A stretch of 62,895 nt of DNA, counting the filler. It is 6 parts of 6 records of this genome, joined end to end, with 100 filler letters (N's around TTAATTAATTAA, not from the genome) between each part and the next. Parts side by side here need not be neighbours in the genome. Positions count along the whole stretch, not along the records: positions 11,117 to 37,037 come from SRR31156797_4413; positions 37,138 to 45,646 come from SRR31156797_4414; 4 more parts are not named here. One strand, written 5' to 3'. This document shows positions 28,981 to 40,001 of this stretch, piece after piece. Every line of letters starts with the position of its first letter. Positions within the stretch are counted from its first letter, which is position 1. The notes beneath the pieces were generated by a model, which was given only the letters and a program-made list of their open reading frames with translations, was not told where the DNA came from and made no database searches. The position numbers and the translations under genes are program-made.

Positions 28981-31884
28981 ATGAGAAAATTGACCCTTAT
29001 TATCTTTGTTTTGACCTGTGTGATCTCACAGGTACTCGCTGCAGATTCTACATTGGATTTACTAGAGCAGTATGAAAGTGCTATTAAAAAGCCATCAGTG
29101 GAGAGAAGTGACGGAAGTAATGTCCACGATGCTAATATTATTGATGATGAAGAGGGTGACCTAAGTGCCGAAAATACAGACAAGTTTACCGAAGGAAATG
29201 ATGAGAAACCAGAAGACTATAAAATATTTGGGCATGATATTTTTAAACGAGGACAAGACGGAGTCTCTGATAAGAACATAAGTGTACCAGATACTTACGT
29301 GCTTAGTGCCGGCGATGAGCTAGTCCTGAATATATGGGGTAGGATTACTGATAGTGAAGATGTTTTTGTTGATAACAACGGTAATATTTTCTCAGATACT
29401 TTTGGGAAGATCAATGTTGCCGGATTGACATATAACGAACTTAAAAATAAAATTTCATCTATTACAAAGGATATGGAAGGTGTTGATGCGCAGATAGTAG
29501 TATCAGGAGCTAAGACAGTTAAAGTTCTTGTTGCTGGTAGTGTTAACAAACCAGGGTATTATGTCATGAGTGTATACGCCACTGCGACGCAATCAATTAT
29601 TGATGCTGGAGGAGTGCAGGACTTGGCAAATATTAGAAATATAAAAGTAATCAGAAACGGAAAAGTTATAAAGAATATAGATTATTACGACCTACTTATA
29701 CTTGGAGTAGATAAAACATCAGGTCTCGGTTTCCTCCCAAATGATGTTGTTTATGTGCCCCGCTCAGATAAGAGAGTTCTTATTGCAGGTGCAGTAAAAA
29801 ATGAAGCTTACTATGAATTAAAAAGAGAGAAAAACCTCAAAGAGGTTCTTAAGCTTGCTGGTGGCTTTGCGCCAAATGCATTAAAAGGTAATGTTACTGT
29901 TCGCAAGGTCGGTGATGACTACAGTAATTATGTTCTTAAAAAATTGGATACCAATAGTCCTGCTGATATGAAAATTGCTATAAATGATGGGGATAGCATC
30001 TTTATTCCTGAGATTAAGTCAGACGAAAAAAATATCGTGAGTTTGCTCGGGAATGTTTACTATCCTGGTAAATACGAATTCTCACAGGGAGATAGAGTTA
30101 GTGATATTATAAAGGATTACGACACTATCAAACCTGATTCATACATAGAAAGTGCATACATAATTAGAAAGGGTGATATGCGCTCAGAGTCTGAGATTAT
30201 CCCTTTTAGTATTAAGAGTGCTCTTGAGAATAAGGGTGGGAGTGGAGACCTGATTCTTGAAGCGTATGATGAAATTATTGTTGTCAATAAAGTTGAGCTT
30301 ACAAAAGATATTTATGTGAATGTAAACGGTGAAGTTAAAACACCTGATTCTTATCAGGTTGAGCGTGATATGAGTGTTTATGACCTTATTGTGAAAGCTG
30401 GTGGTCTTACTGGTGAGTCTGATCAAAACAGAATAGAGGTTGTTAACATTAAGGATGGCAAGCTTCACATGGAAACTCTTAATGTTAAAGAAGCATCCAA
30501 AACGAGAGCACCGGTTAACGGTTATGTAACTGTACATAATATATTCAACTCTGATATCGTGAAATATGTTGAGATATCTGGTGATGTTATTAATGGTGGG
30601 GAGTATCTTTACAGTGATGGGATGACGATATTCTCACTTCTTAAGAATGTAGGCTACAAGCTAACAAAAGATGATCAGTCAACTATGTTGATTTATAGGA
30701 AGTCTGAGAAAAATAGTAAATATCTTATGCTTGAATATGATTTTGATAAGATGCTTAGTAATATGGCAGATATTAGATTATATCCTGATGATAAGATAAA
30801 AATAACAAAGAACAATAAGTTTGATGAAAGAGCTGTTGTTGGTATATCTGGTGCAGTAAATGAGCCTGGTGATTTCCCTTATGGCGAGGGCATGACAATT
30901 GGTTCTTTGATTAAACTTGCAGGTGGATTAGCACAAAATGCTCTCACTAAATCAATAGAAATTATTAGCAAAAATATTGATGATGGGAAGGTCACTATGT
31001 CTTATGATGAAGTTGACCTTGATGAATCTTATCTGCATGAAGTTAAACCGTATGACAAAATTATGGTCAAAGAGATATTGGATGTGAATTTCTCAAGTTA
31101 TGTTACTTTGCGAGGGGAAGTTAAATATCCAGGCGTTTACCCAGTCAGAAAGGGTGAAAAGCTCTCAAGCGTAATTAAGAGGGCTGGCGGCTACGCTGAA
31201 AATGCTGACCTTTATTCAGCTAAACTTCTAAGGCAGAGTGTTAAATACGAGAAGAAAAGGATACTTAATAGTTTAGTTCAAAAAATTGAGCAACAAATGC
31301 TTTCGAATGTTAACGATGTCGCAGCAACATCGATCAGCAATACTGGAGTGCAGTCAGCACAGGCCATGTTGACATCTCAAAAGCAATTTATAGATAATTT
31401 GAAAAAAATTGAACCAGAAGGTAGGCTTGTTGTCTTTTTCTCCCACCCAAGATTAATGAAAGGAAGTGTTAATGACGTGCTCCTTGAGAACGATGATGTT
31501 ATAGAGATTCCAATGAAGAAAGATACTATAAATGTTGTTGGAGCAGTACTCAATGCTGGAACTTTTGTCTATAGTGACAGGATTGAATGGGAAGATTATG
31601 TCAGGCTCGCAGGTGGATATAATAGAGGTGCTGATGACAATAATATATATATATTAAAAGCGAATGGAACCTCACAACGTGTTACAGAAGCCTTTATGGA
31701 TTGGTCGGAAGAAGATAAGAGGTGGGAGTTTACATCTTTCACTCAAGAGAATAATCTCAGAGCTGGTGATACCATTATCGTTCCTGAGAAATACACAAAG
31801 GTTCCTTGGTTAAGAAATATTAAAGATATCACTCAGGTTATGATGCAGATTGCTGTGACCGGTGGTGTTGTAGCAAATTTCTAG
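28981..31884 (+). CDS. Polysaccharide export protein with multiple SLBB domains (KpsD/Wza-like)
   Basis: YVLSAGDEL...IWG Poly_export motif; repeated V.GxV..PG.Y...AGG units; amphipathic C-terminal helix. Confidence 0.88.
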   Translation: MRKLTLIIFVLTCVISQVLAADSTLDLLEQYESAIKKPSVERSDGSNVHDANIIDDEEGDLSAENTDKFTEGNDEKPEDYKIFGHDIFKRGQDGVSDKNISVPDTYVLSAGDELVLNIWGRITDSEDVFVDNNGNIFSDTFGKINVAGLTYNELKNKISSITKDMEGVDAQIVVSGAKTVKVLVAGSVNKPGYYVMSVYATATQSIIDAGGVQDLANIRNIKVIRNGKVIKNIDYYDLLILGVDKTSGLGFLPNDVVYVPRSDKRVLIAGAVKNEAYYELKREKNLKEVLKLAGGFAPNALKGNVTVRKVGDDYSNYVLKKLDTNSPADMKIAINDGDSIFIPEIKSDEKNIVSLLGNVYYPGKYEFSQGDRVSDIIKDYDTIKPDSYIESAYIIRKGDMRSESEIIPFSIKSALENKGGSGDLILEAYDEIIVVNKVELTKDIYVNVNGEVKTPDSYQVERDMSVYDLIVKAGGLTGESDQNRIEVVNIKDGKLHMETLNVKEASKTRAPVNGYVTVHNIFNSDIVKYVEISGDVINGGEYLYSDGMTIFSLLKNVGYKLTKDDQSTMLIYRKSEKNSKYLMLEYDFDKMLSNMADIRLYPDDKIKITKNNKFDERAVVGISGAVNEPGDFPYGEGMTIGSLIKLAGGLAQNALTKSIEIISKNIDDGKVTMSYDEVDLDESYLHEVKPYDKIMVKEILDVNFSSYVTLRGEVKYPGVYPVRKGEKLSSVIKRAGGYAENADLYSAKLLRQSVKYEKKRILNSLVQKIEQQMLSNVNDVAATSISNTGVQSAQAMLTSQKQFIDNLKKIEPEGRLVVFFSHPRLMKGSVNDVLLENDDVIEIPMKKDTINVVGAVLNAGTFVYSDRIEWEDYVRLAGGYNRGADDNNIYILKANGTSQRVTEAFMDWSEEDKRWEFTSFTQENNLRAGDTIIVPEKYTKVPWLRNIKDITQVMMQIAVTGGVVANF

Positions 31885-31896
31885 TAGAGAGTTAAA

Positions 31897-32667
31897 ATGA
31901 AGAATATAATACTTATACTTATAATACTTATTGCAGTTAATGGATATAGTGCTGAATTTCAAAAAGATGCTGGTGATGCTTTAATTGAAGCTCAACGAAA
32001 AGCACTCGCTGAGCAGCAGACGATGACAGCGGGCACTAATCAAGTTCTGACAAATACAAGCTGTGACGACTACTTGAGCTGTTATGAGCTTTTTAGATAT
32101 GAAGAGACTCCATCTCTGATACGTCTTTTCTATGCAAAGAATGCAAAAGTTAATAAGTTTAACATCATGAATGACTACATAGTTAAAATTCAGGATGCTG
32201 GCTGTCCTATAAAATTTGATGTGTACAAGAAAGTAAACAACATAAATGTGTTACTTGATACATTCAATTATACTTCATACAATGATGCATGCGTAACATA
32301 CATCACTAATCTTACCGGATCAGGCATAAACAGTAAAAATGTAGTAAGTCAGCTCGAGATTAAATATTGCCCTAAAGACAGCAGCCATCGTAACTTTTGT
32401 GAAAAAGGTATAGTCTTTGCAAAAGTGATAGGCTTTGACAATGAAGATCTTGATGAAGAGCAAAAAATTGATAGTTTAGACACTGATTTAGCAACAAGTA
32501 GCCCCGCAAGTGTATACCCAGAGCGCAATCAGTACCTTAATAGTATAACAGAAATTGCTCCTGAAGAAGTCGAGAAGGAAATCGACAAGCAGAGAAGGAG
32601 TATAGGTGGTTATACCCCTATAAACAATAAGCCTGAACCTGAGACTAAAACGAAAGTAAGACGTTAA
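31897..32667 (+). CDS. Hypothetical exported protein
   Basis: Signal peptide, six Cys, no recognised domain. Confidence 0.7.
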   Translation: MKNIILILIILIAVNGYSAEFQKDAGDALIEAQRKALAEQQTMTAGTNQVLTNTSCDDYLSCYELFRYEETPSLIRLFYAKNAKVNKFNIMNDYIVKIQDAGCPIKFDVYKKVNNINVLLDTFNYTSYNDACVTYITNLTGSGINSKNVVSQLEIKYCPKDSSHRNFCEKGIVFAKVIGFDNEDLDEEQKIDSLDTDLATSSPASVYPERNQYLNSITEIAPEEVEKEIDKQRRSIGGYTPINNKPEPETKTKVRR

Positions 32668-32679
32668 GCATTAGCAAAG

Positions 32680-32922
32680 CTAAAAGATAACGTTGCCAAC
32701 GATACCTGTGAGTGAATCTGGTCCTTTGAGCTTGTAAACCTGCTTTTCGTCAACCACAACAGCAGGAGCGTTAATGATACCGTACGCTTCCGGAGCTGTG
32801 TTCTCTGATATATCAAGCAGGTAAACATCTACTTTTGTCCCATATTTCGCTCTGATCTCATCCGCTTTAGCCGGAGTCTCATTATCAACAGTGCCGTTAT
32901 AGAAAATTTCAACCTTTAACAT
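32680..32922 (-). CDS. Small thioredoxin-like protein without cysteines
   Basis: KVEIF...YGIINAPAVVVD pattern; Shine-Dalgarno AAGGAGG. Confidence 0.65.
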   Translation of the reverse strand: MLKVEIFYNGTVDNETPAKADEIRAKYGTKVDVYLLDISENTAPEAYGIINAPAVVVDEKQVYKLKGPDSLTGIVGNVIF

Positions 32923-33103
32923 AATGAACCTCCTTATAATATAATACTAATATAAGCCTTCTTGTGTGTACTTCAAGGAGTGCCAAGCAGGGCTCGAAGT
33001 GTAATATATCTAAAATACCGACCTATGCTTGATTGACTTGTTATTTCGACTGTAGTATTTTATGTGTCTGCGTGCGTAAATATAACCTGAGAGGTTTAGA
33101 GCA

Positions 33104-34252
33104 ATGCTTAAAAAATATCTGTTAGCACCAGGACCAACTCCGGTTCCTGAAAAGGTGCTTCTTGAGATGGCAAAACCTGTCATCCACCATAGAACAAGCG
33201 AATTTGAAGCAGTATTTGCGAAAGTGGCTGAAGGGCTAAAGAAAGTCTTCAACACTGAGCAGGATGTGCTCATGCTCGCTGGAAGCGGTACTGCTGCAAT
33301 GGAAGCTGCTGTTATCAACACGCTAAATCCCGGGGATGATGTTCTAGTTGTTGATGCTGGTAAGTTTGGTCAGAGATGGCGTGACATCAGCAAGGTTTAC
33401 GGAATTAACGTTACTACCATAGAACTTGAGTGGGGTAAATCTGTGAAAGTTGAGCAGGTTGAAGCTCACCTGAAGGCTCATCCTCAGACAAAAGCTGTAC
33501 TTTTACAAGGTAGCGAAACATCTACAACTGCTTACCATCCTGTTAAAGAGATAGCAGAACTTATTAAAGATAAACCTGAAACACTCTTCATCCTTGACGG
33601 AATCACATCGATTGGTGTACACGAGACAAAATTTGACGAGTGGGGAATAGATATAGCTGTGACAGGCTCGCAGAAAGCTTTTATGCTGCCTCCCGGGCTG
33701 TCCTTTATAGCCTTAAGTGAGAAAGCTTGGGGCTTCGTAGAAAAATCTACAATACCGAGATATTACCTAGATCTTCGTAAAGAGAAGAAAGCGCAAGGTA
33801 ACTCTACCACTGCCTACACACCGACACTTTCACTCATCAACGGCTTATCCGTTGTTCTTGATATGTTCTTCGAGGAGGGTCTTGAGAATGTTTACAAGAG
33901 ACACGAGATAAACGGTAAAGCGACAAGAGCCGCTGTTAAGGCTATGGGTTTTGAGCTACTCGCTGAGTGCCCATCAAATGCCGCAACAGGTTTTCTATTG
34001 CCGGACGGGTTTGAAGGTGGCAAATTTGTGAAGTATATGCGCGAAAAGGTCGGGCTAACATACGCCGGCGGGCAAGATCATCTTAAAGGTAGAATTATAC
34101 GCATATCTCACCTAGGGTATCATGATGCTTTTGATACTATTACTGCAATCAGCGGGCTTGAGATGGGATTTCTTAAGTTCGGTTGTGATATAAAACTCGG
34201 TTCAGGTTTAGCCGCCGCCGAGGAAATACTCAAAGACTACATCGGGGATTAA
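33104..34252 (+). CDS. Class V PLP aminotransferase (alanine/serine-glyoxylate family)
   Basis: PGPTPVP, GSGTAAME and TGSQKAFMLPPGL. Confidence 0.92.
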   Translation: MLKKYLLAPGPTPVPEKVLLEMAKPVIHHRTSEFEAVFAKVAEGLKKVFNTEQDVLMLAGSGTAAMEAAVINTLNPGDDVLVVDAGKFGQRWRDISKVYGINVTTIELEWGKSVKVEQVEAHLKAHPQTKAVLLQGSETSTTAYHPVKEIAELIKDKPETLFILDGITSIGVHETKFDEWGIDIAVTGSQKAFMLPPGLSFIALSEKAWGFVEKSTIPRYYLDLRKEKKAQGNSTTAYTPTLSLINGLSVVLDMFFEEGLENVYKRHEINGKATRAAVKAMGFELLAECPSNAATGFLLPDGFEGGKFVKYMREKVGLTYAGGQDHLKGRIIRISHLGYHDAFDTITAISGLEMGFLKFGCDIKLGSGLAAAEEILKDYIGD

Positions 34253-34257
34253 TATAT

Positions 34258-35382
34258 ATGGGCAAAAAAATAATACAGAATGCTGCGGGCAATATAGCTC
34301 CTGGCAGATCGGTAAAAATGAACAAAATCACTCGCAGTATCAAAGACACTGTGCTCTCATACGGATACATGGAGATATTTCTCCCTGTATACGAGTATTA
34401 CGATGTGCTTAAAGAGACTGCTTACAATTTCAAAGATGAAAACACAATACGTTTTATCGATAGAAACACAGGTAAGTCACTTGTACTCCGTCCTGATTTC
34501 ACACCTCAGGCGGCGAGATATTTTGCAAACTACATGGCTGATTTCACTGTGCCTGCCAGAGTTTGTTATAACGGACGTGTATTCCGTAACGTAAACCTGA
34601 ATAAAGGTATCAAATCAGAACAGCTACAGGTAGGTGCGGAGCTTTACGGTAACGACAGGCTTGATGCTGATAGTGAGCTTATTATGCTTGCTAAGCGTGC
34701 ATTTGGCACTCTAGGGATCAAAGGCTGCAAATATGTGTTCGGTCATAGCGGATTCACTAGGAGAGCTCTTGAGCTTGCAGGCGATAAACGTGAAGAGTAT
34801 CATGGGCTTCTTGATGCTAAAAATGTTGCTGGAATTAATAAACTTATCACTGGTGACAGTGACACTGAAAAATTCCTCCTCTTCCTTCCGAAGGCTTTCG
34901 GCGGGCTTGAAACTATCGAGGAGATAATAAAGGCTTCTGCTTTCGATGCTGAGCTTTCCGGGCACATAGGCTATATCAAAGAACTCTTTGAGAATCTTAT
35001 AGCTCTCGGTGTTGCCAAAGAAGACCTGATTTTTGATGCATCAGAATCAAGAGGGATCGACTACTACACAGGTATCACATTCGATGTTCTCCACGCTGAA
35101 GTGGGTGAAACACTTGCTGGCGGTGGACGCTACGATAACCTTACTAAGAACTTCGGTCGTGATGTTCCTGCTTGTGGTGTAGTATTTAATATAGAAGAGA
35201 TTTACAGAGTAGATAAATCTGACATCAAGCTTAAAGAGATCGACTGGCTTGTTGTTGGTAAAGATAATTTCGCTAAAAGTGAGGAGCTTCGTTCTGAAGG
35301 GAACACTGTTTTCTACGCTGGCGATGAAAAAGAAAAATCCGTGCTCGAAAAGAGCTACAGTTTCCGAAATATTCTTTCATGA
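34258..35382 (+). CDS. hisZ: ATP phosphoribosyltransferase regulatory subunit
   Basis: LRPDFTPQ, QVGAEL, DYYTG and GGGRYD; lacks an anticodon-binding domain; directly upstream of purA. Confidence 0.85.
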   Translation: MGKKIIQNAAGNIAPGRSVKMNKITRSIKDTVLSYGYMEIFLPVYEYYDVLKETAYNFKDENTIRFIDRNTGKSLVLRPDFTPQAARYFANYMADFTVPARVCYNGRVFRNVNLNKGIKSEQLQVGAELYGNDRLDADSELIMLAKRAFGTLGIKGCKYVFGHSGFTRRALELAGDKREEYHGLLDAKNVAGINKLITGDSDTEKFLLFLPKAFGGLETIEEIIKASAFDAELSGHIGYIKELFENLIALGVAKEDLIFDASESRGIDYYTGITFDVLHAEVGETLAGGGRYDNLTKNFGRDVPACGVVFNIEEIYRVDKSDIKLKEIDWLVVGKDNFAKSEELRSEGNTVFYAGDEKEKSVLEKSYSFRNILS

Positions 35383-35391
35383 GGTAAATAA

Positions 35392-36684
<1,293 letters not shown>

Positions 36685-36694
36685 CAAAAACTTG

Positions 36695-36723
36695 TTGACA
36701 TAGCAAAGTCACTTTGATATAAC
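36695..36723 (+). promoter_or_regulatory. Sigma70 promoter of the tRNA operon
   Basis: TTGACA-17 nt-TATAAC. Confidence 0.75.
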
Positions 36724-36755
36724 CTACTTCTCGCTACGAACGAGAGAGAGGATAT

Positions 36756-36828
<73 letters not shown>

Positions 36829-36836
36829 TGTTATCC

Positions 36837-36911
36837 GTCCCCATCGTCTAGCCTGGCCTAGGACATCGCCCTTTCGAGGCGACGACCGGGGTTCGAATCC
36901 CCGTGGGGACG
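36837..36911 (+). tRNA. tRNA-Glu(TTC)
   Basis: GTCCCCA/TGGGGAC acceptor stem, loop CTTTCGA. Confidence 0.95.
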
Positions 36912-37001
36912 TTTTTAACGTCTTTTATGTTATAGTGAGATTACTGTAGCTTCGGCTGCAGAACAGTACAGAAAGTTCGGCCAGGATTTTTTGTACGCCT
37001 T

Positions 37002-37037
37002 GGGTGGTTAGCTCAGCTGGGAGAGCATCGGCCTTAC
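37002..37037 (+). tRNA. tRNA-Val(TAC), truncated by the contig end
   Basis: GGGTGGTTAGCTCAGCTGGGAGAGCATCGGCCTTAC. Confidence 0.85.
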
Positions 37038-37137
37038 NNNNNNNNNNNNNNNNNNNNNNNNNNNNNNNNNNNNNNNNNNNNTTAATTAATTAANNNNNNN
37101 NNNNNNNNNNNNNNNNNNNNNNNNNNNNNNNNNNNNN
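37038..37137. other. Artificial contig linker
   Basis: Same N/TTAATTAATTAA spacer. Confidence 0.98.
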
Positions 37138-37209
37138 CTAAACCTCTAAACCCCTAAACCCCTAAACTTCTAAACGTATCAACAGATCAACGAATCAACA
37201 AATCAACGC
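37138..37209. repeat. Octamer tandem repeats (CTAAACNN)5 then (ATCAACNN)4
   Basis: Continuous 8-bp register across the motif switch. Confidence 0.88.
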
Positions 37210-37338
37210 ACCAATAAAATTCCGATAATACTTGCGAATAAAAGCGATATAATGCAAAAATGATTTATAATTATCAAAAAATATTTGATTATACCGAATA
37301 ATTGTATAAATTCGAGGCAATTAAAAGTTTGGATAAAT

Positions 37339-39762
37339 ATGAAAAAAGTCGTTTTAAAATTCGGTGGTTCATCAATTGCGGATGCTGAGTGTATCTCCCG
37401 GACCCTTGATATTATTGAAAAAAGCAATAGTGAAGATGTTCAGATCATAACGGTCGTTTCGGCTTTAGGTGGTGTAACGAATTCATTGATCGAGTTATGT
37501 AGTCTTGCCCGAAAGGGAGATCCCAGCTACAAAGGCATATTGAACGATCTGATCTCACGTCATGAACAGATCGTATTTGCCTTGGTAAATGCGGAGTTAA
37601 GAACTGACACCTTATCTAAAATGTCCGGAATATTTCACGAACTGCGCGATACGCTTAAAGGCTTATTCTTGCTTAACGAAGAAACGTCCCGAACCCGTGA
37701 TCTGATCATGAGTTCCGGTGAGCGTTTATCTGCAATTTTGATATGTGCCGCCATGTGTTCTAAAAAGATAGAATGCAAGGTATGTGATACCAGAGAGATC
37801 ATTATTACGGATGCCGATCACGGTAAGGCCAAGGTAGATCTTTCCGTCAGTGAAAAGAGGATAAAAGATTATTTTAAAGATAAGAATGAATTGTACATAT
37901 GCACCGGATTTATTGCTTCAAGCAAAAAAGGGCAGACCACAACACTTGGAAGAAGCGGATCGGATTATACCGCATCTATTCTTGCATCTGTTTTAAATGC
38001 GGAGAAGATCGAGATCTGGACCGATGTGGATGGTGTGATGACAGCAGACCCAAAGATCACTCCCGATGCATTTGCCATTCCTGATATTTCGTACGAAGAC
38101 GCCACGGAATTATCGCATTTTGGTGCCAGGGTCATCTTTCCACCTACCATGATCCCGGCGATGCAAAAGCGCATTCCCATTATCATCCGGAACAGTTTCG
38201 AAGCTGAAAAGCCCGGAACAGTCATATCTTCTAAGGGGACTAAGGCTGAATTTCATGCAACGGGTATCGCTTCCATCGACCATGTTGCTTTGCTTAGGAT
38301 GCAAGGTAGCGGCATGGTGGGTGTACGCGGTATATCTGCGCGTTTATTCGATTGTCTTGCACGTCATGAAATTAACATTATCCTTATTACTCAGGCTTCA
38401 TCGGAACATAGCATCTGTTTTGCCATTGATGCCGCAAAATCCGATAAAGCTGTTGAAGTATTGCGCGAAAGTTTTCATCTGGAAATGGAAGCCGGGATGA
38501 TCGATGACATTATTCCTGAAAAGGATACGGCGATCATCGCTGTAGTTGGTGACAAGATGCAGCATAAACCCGGGATCGCTGCGGAAGTATTCTCTGCATT
38601 GGGAAGGCAAAAGATCAATGTTAAGGCAATTTCGCAGGGCTCATCGGAGCGCAATATTTCCGTTGTGATCGATCGTGAAGACAGTCGCGCCGCCATCAAC
38701 GTCCTGCACAGGGCATTATTCCCAATTAAAGAAAAAACAGCTATTTACTGCATTGGCAGCGGCCTGGTTGCCACGGCTTATATGGATATGTTGAAGGATC
38801 CCAATATCCAATTGAACGGTATTATGAACAGTCGTAAAATGCTATTGCGAGCCAGTGGGCTGAACAGCGATAAAGTCATTGGAGCTCTTGAAGAAAAGGG
38901 CAAACAGGCGGATATTGATCAGTTTATTTCTGTGATGAAAAATGACCCCACCTACAGTAAGGTTTGTTTGGATTGTACGGCAAGTAAAGACGTCGCATTG
39001 AAGTACAAGGACATTCTTGCCGGCGGCGTATCATTGGTAACACCTAATAAGATCGCCAATACCGAGTCGATGGATTATTATAAAATATTACGTGAAACTG
39101 CCTTGGAACAGCATGTGAAATATCGTTATGAAGCGACTGTAGGGGCAGGATTACCTGTGATATCAACCTTGCAAAGCATGTTGGAAACAGGTGACAAGAT
39201 CCACCGTATCGAAGCGATCGTATCGGGAACACTTTCCTATATTTTCAATACATTTTCTTTGGAAAGCTCCTTTTCCGAAACAGTAAAATTCGCCAAAGAA
39301 CAAGGTTTTACCGAGCCTGATCCCAGAGAGGATCTGGGTGGTACGGACGTTGCAAGGAAAGCCTTGATCCTTGCCAGAGAGCTAGGATATGAGCTTGAAA
39401 TGAGCGATTCTGTGCCAGAGGCACTTATTTCGGATGCCTGTGCCAAGGCTGAAAGCATTGATGAAGCCATGGACATTCTTGCCAAAGATGACGAAAAATG
39501 GCAGGCACGTTTGAAAAGATTGAAAGAAGAAAATAAAGTATTAAGATATATTGCCGGCATATCGGATAATAACATTGAAATTTCCGTACAAGAGATCGGA
39601 CAGGACCATCCGTTCTACAATTTGTCGGGACCCGATAACATTGTTGCAATATACTCCGACAGGTATCCCATTAATCCATTGGTCGTAAAAGGAGCCGGGG
39701 CGGGTGCAGTAGTAACCGCCGGCGGTATGATGGGTGATGTGCTGCGGATCATAAATGAGTAG
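37339..39762 (+). CDS. thrA: Bifunctional aspartokinase/homoserine dehydrogenase
   Basis: KFGGSS, LGRSGSDYTA, two ACT domains, VGAGLP and EPDPREDL. Confidence 0.95.
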   Translation: MKKVVLKFGGSSIADAECISRTLDIIEKSNSEDVQIITVVSALGGVTNSLIELCSLARKGDPSYKGILNDLISRHEQIVFALVNAELRTDTLSKMSGIFHELRDTLKGLFLLNEETSRTRDLIMSSGERLSAILICAAMCSKKIECKVCDTREIIITDADHGKAKVDLSVSEKRIKDYFKDKNELYICTGFIASSKKGQTTTLGRSGSDYTASILASVLNAEKIEIWTDVDGVMTADPKITPDAFAIPDISYEDATELSHFGARVIFPPTMIPAMQKRIPIIIRNSFEAEKPGTVISSKGTKAEFHATGIASIDHVALLRMQGSGMVGVRGISARLFDCLARHEINIILITQASSEHSICFAIDAAKSDKAVEVLRESFHLEMEAGMIDDIIPEKDTAIIAVVGDKMQHKPGIAAEVFSALGRQKINVKAISQGSSERNISVVIDREDSRAAINVLHRALFPIKEKTAIYCIGSGLVATAYMDMLKDPNIQLNGIMNSRKMLLRASGLNSDKVIGALEEKGKQADIDQFISVMKNDPTYSKVCLDCTASKDVALKYKDILAGGVSLVTPNKIANTESMDYYKILRETALEQHVKYRYEATVGAGLPVISTLQSMLETGDKIHRIEAIVSGTLSYIFNTFSLESSFSETVKFAKEQGFTEPDPREDLGGTDVARKALILARELGYELEMSDSVPEALISDACAKAESIDEAMDILAKDDEKWQARLKRLKEENKVLRYIAGISDNNIEISVQEIGQDHPFYNLSGPDNIVAIYSDRYPINPLVVKGAGAGAVVTAGGMMGDVLRIINE

Positions 39763-39812
39763 CATTAGTAAAACAAATTAGTGCTATAAGAATTGAAATC
39801 ATTAAATTAATT

Positions 39813-39946
39813 AGTTCGGAGTTCGGAGACCAGAGTTCGGAGTATTAGAGTAAACGGTAAACAGTGAATGGTCGTAAACTGTGGATAAGTGAACAGTTCT
39901 AAACCCCTAAACCCCTAAACCACTAAACTCCTAAACCCCTAAACCA
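39813..39946. repeat. Mosaic of short tandem repeats between thrA and asd
   Basis: AGTTCGG-type heptamers (39813-39840), AAACRGT-like heptamers, and (CTAAACNN)6 at 39899-39946. Confidence 0.85.
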
Positions 39947-40001
39947 TAACTCTTTGATAAAATGATACAAAACAATAAATTGAGCAAAAAGGATTATAGA
40001 A

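Noticed and set aside
37178-37338. Thr/Ile leader-peptide attenuator before thrA
   Set aside because: No Thr/Ile-rich uORF with a start codon and no terminator hairpin in the visible sequence.
39899-39946. Eukaryotic telomere contamination (CCCTAAA)
   Set aside because: The period is 8, not 7; the units are degenerate and lie between bacterial thrA and asd.
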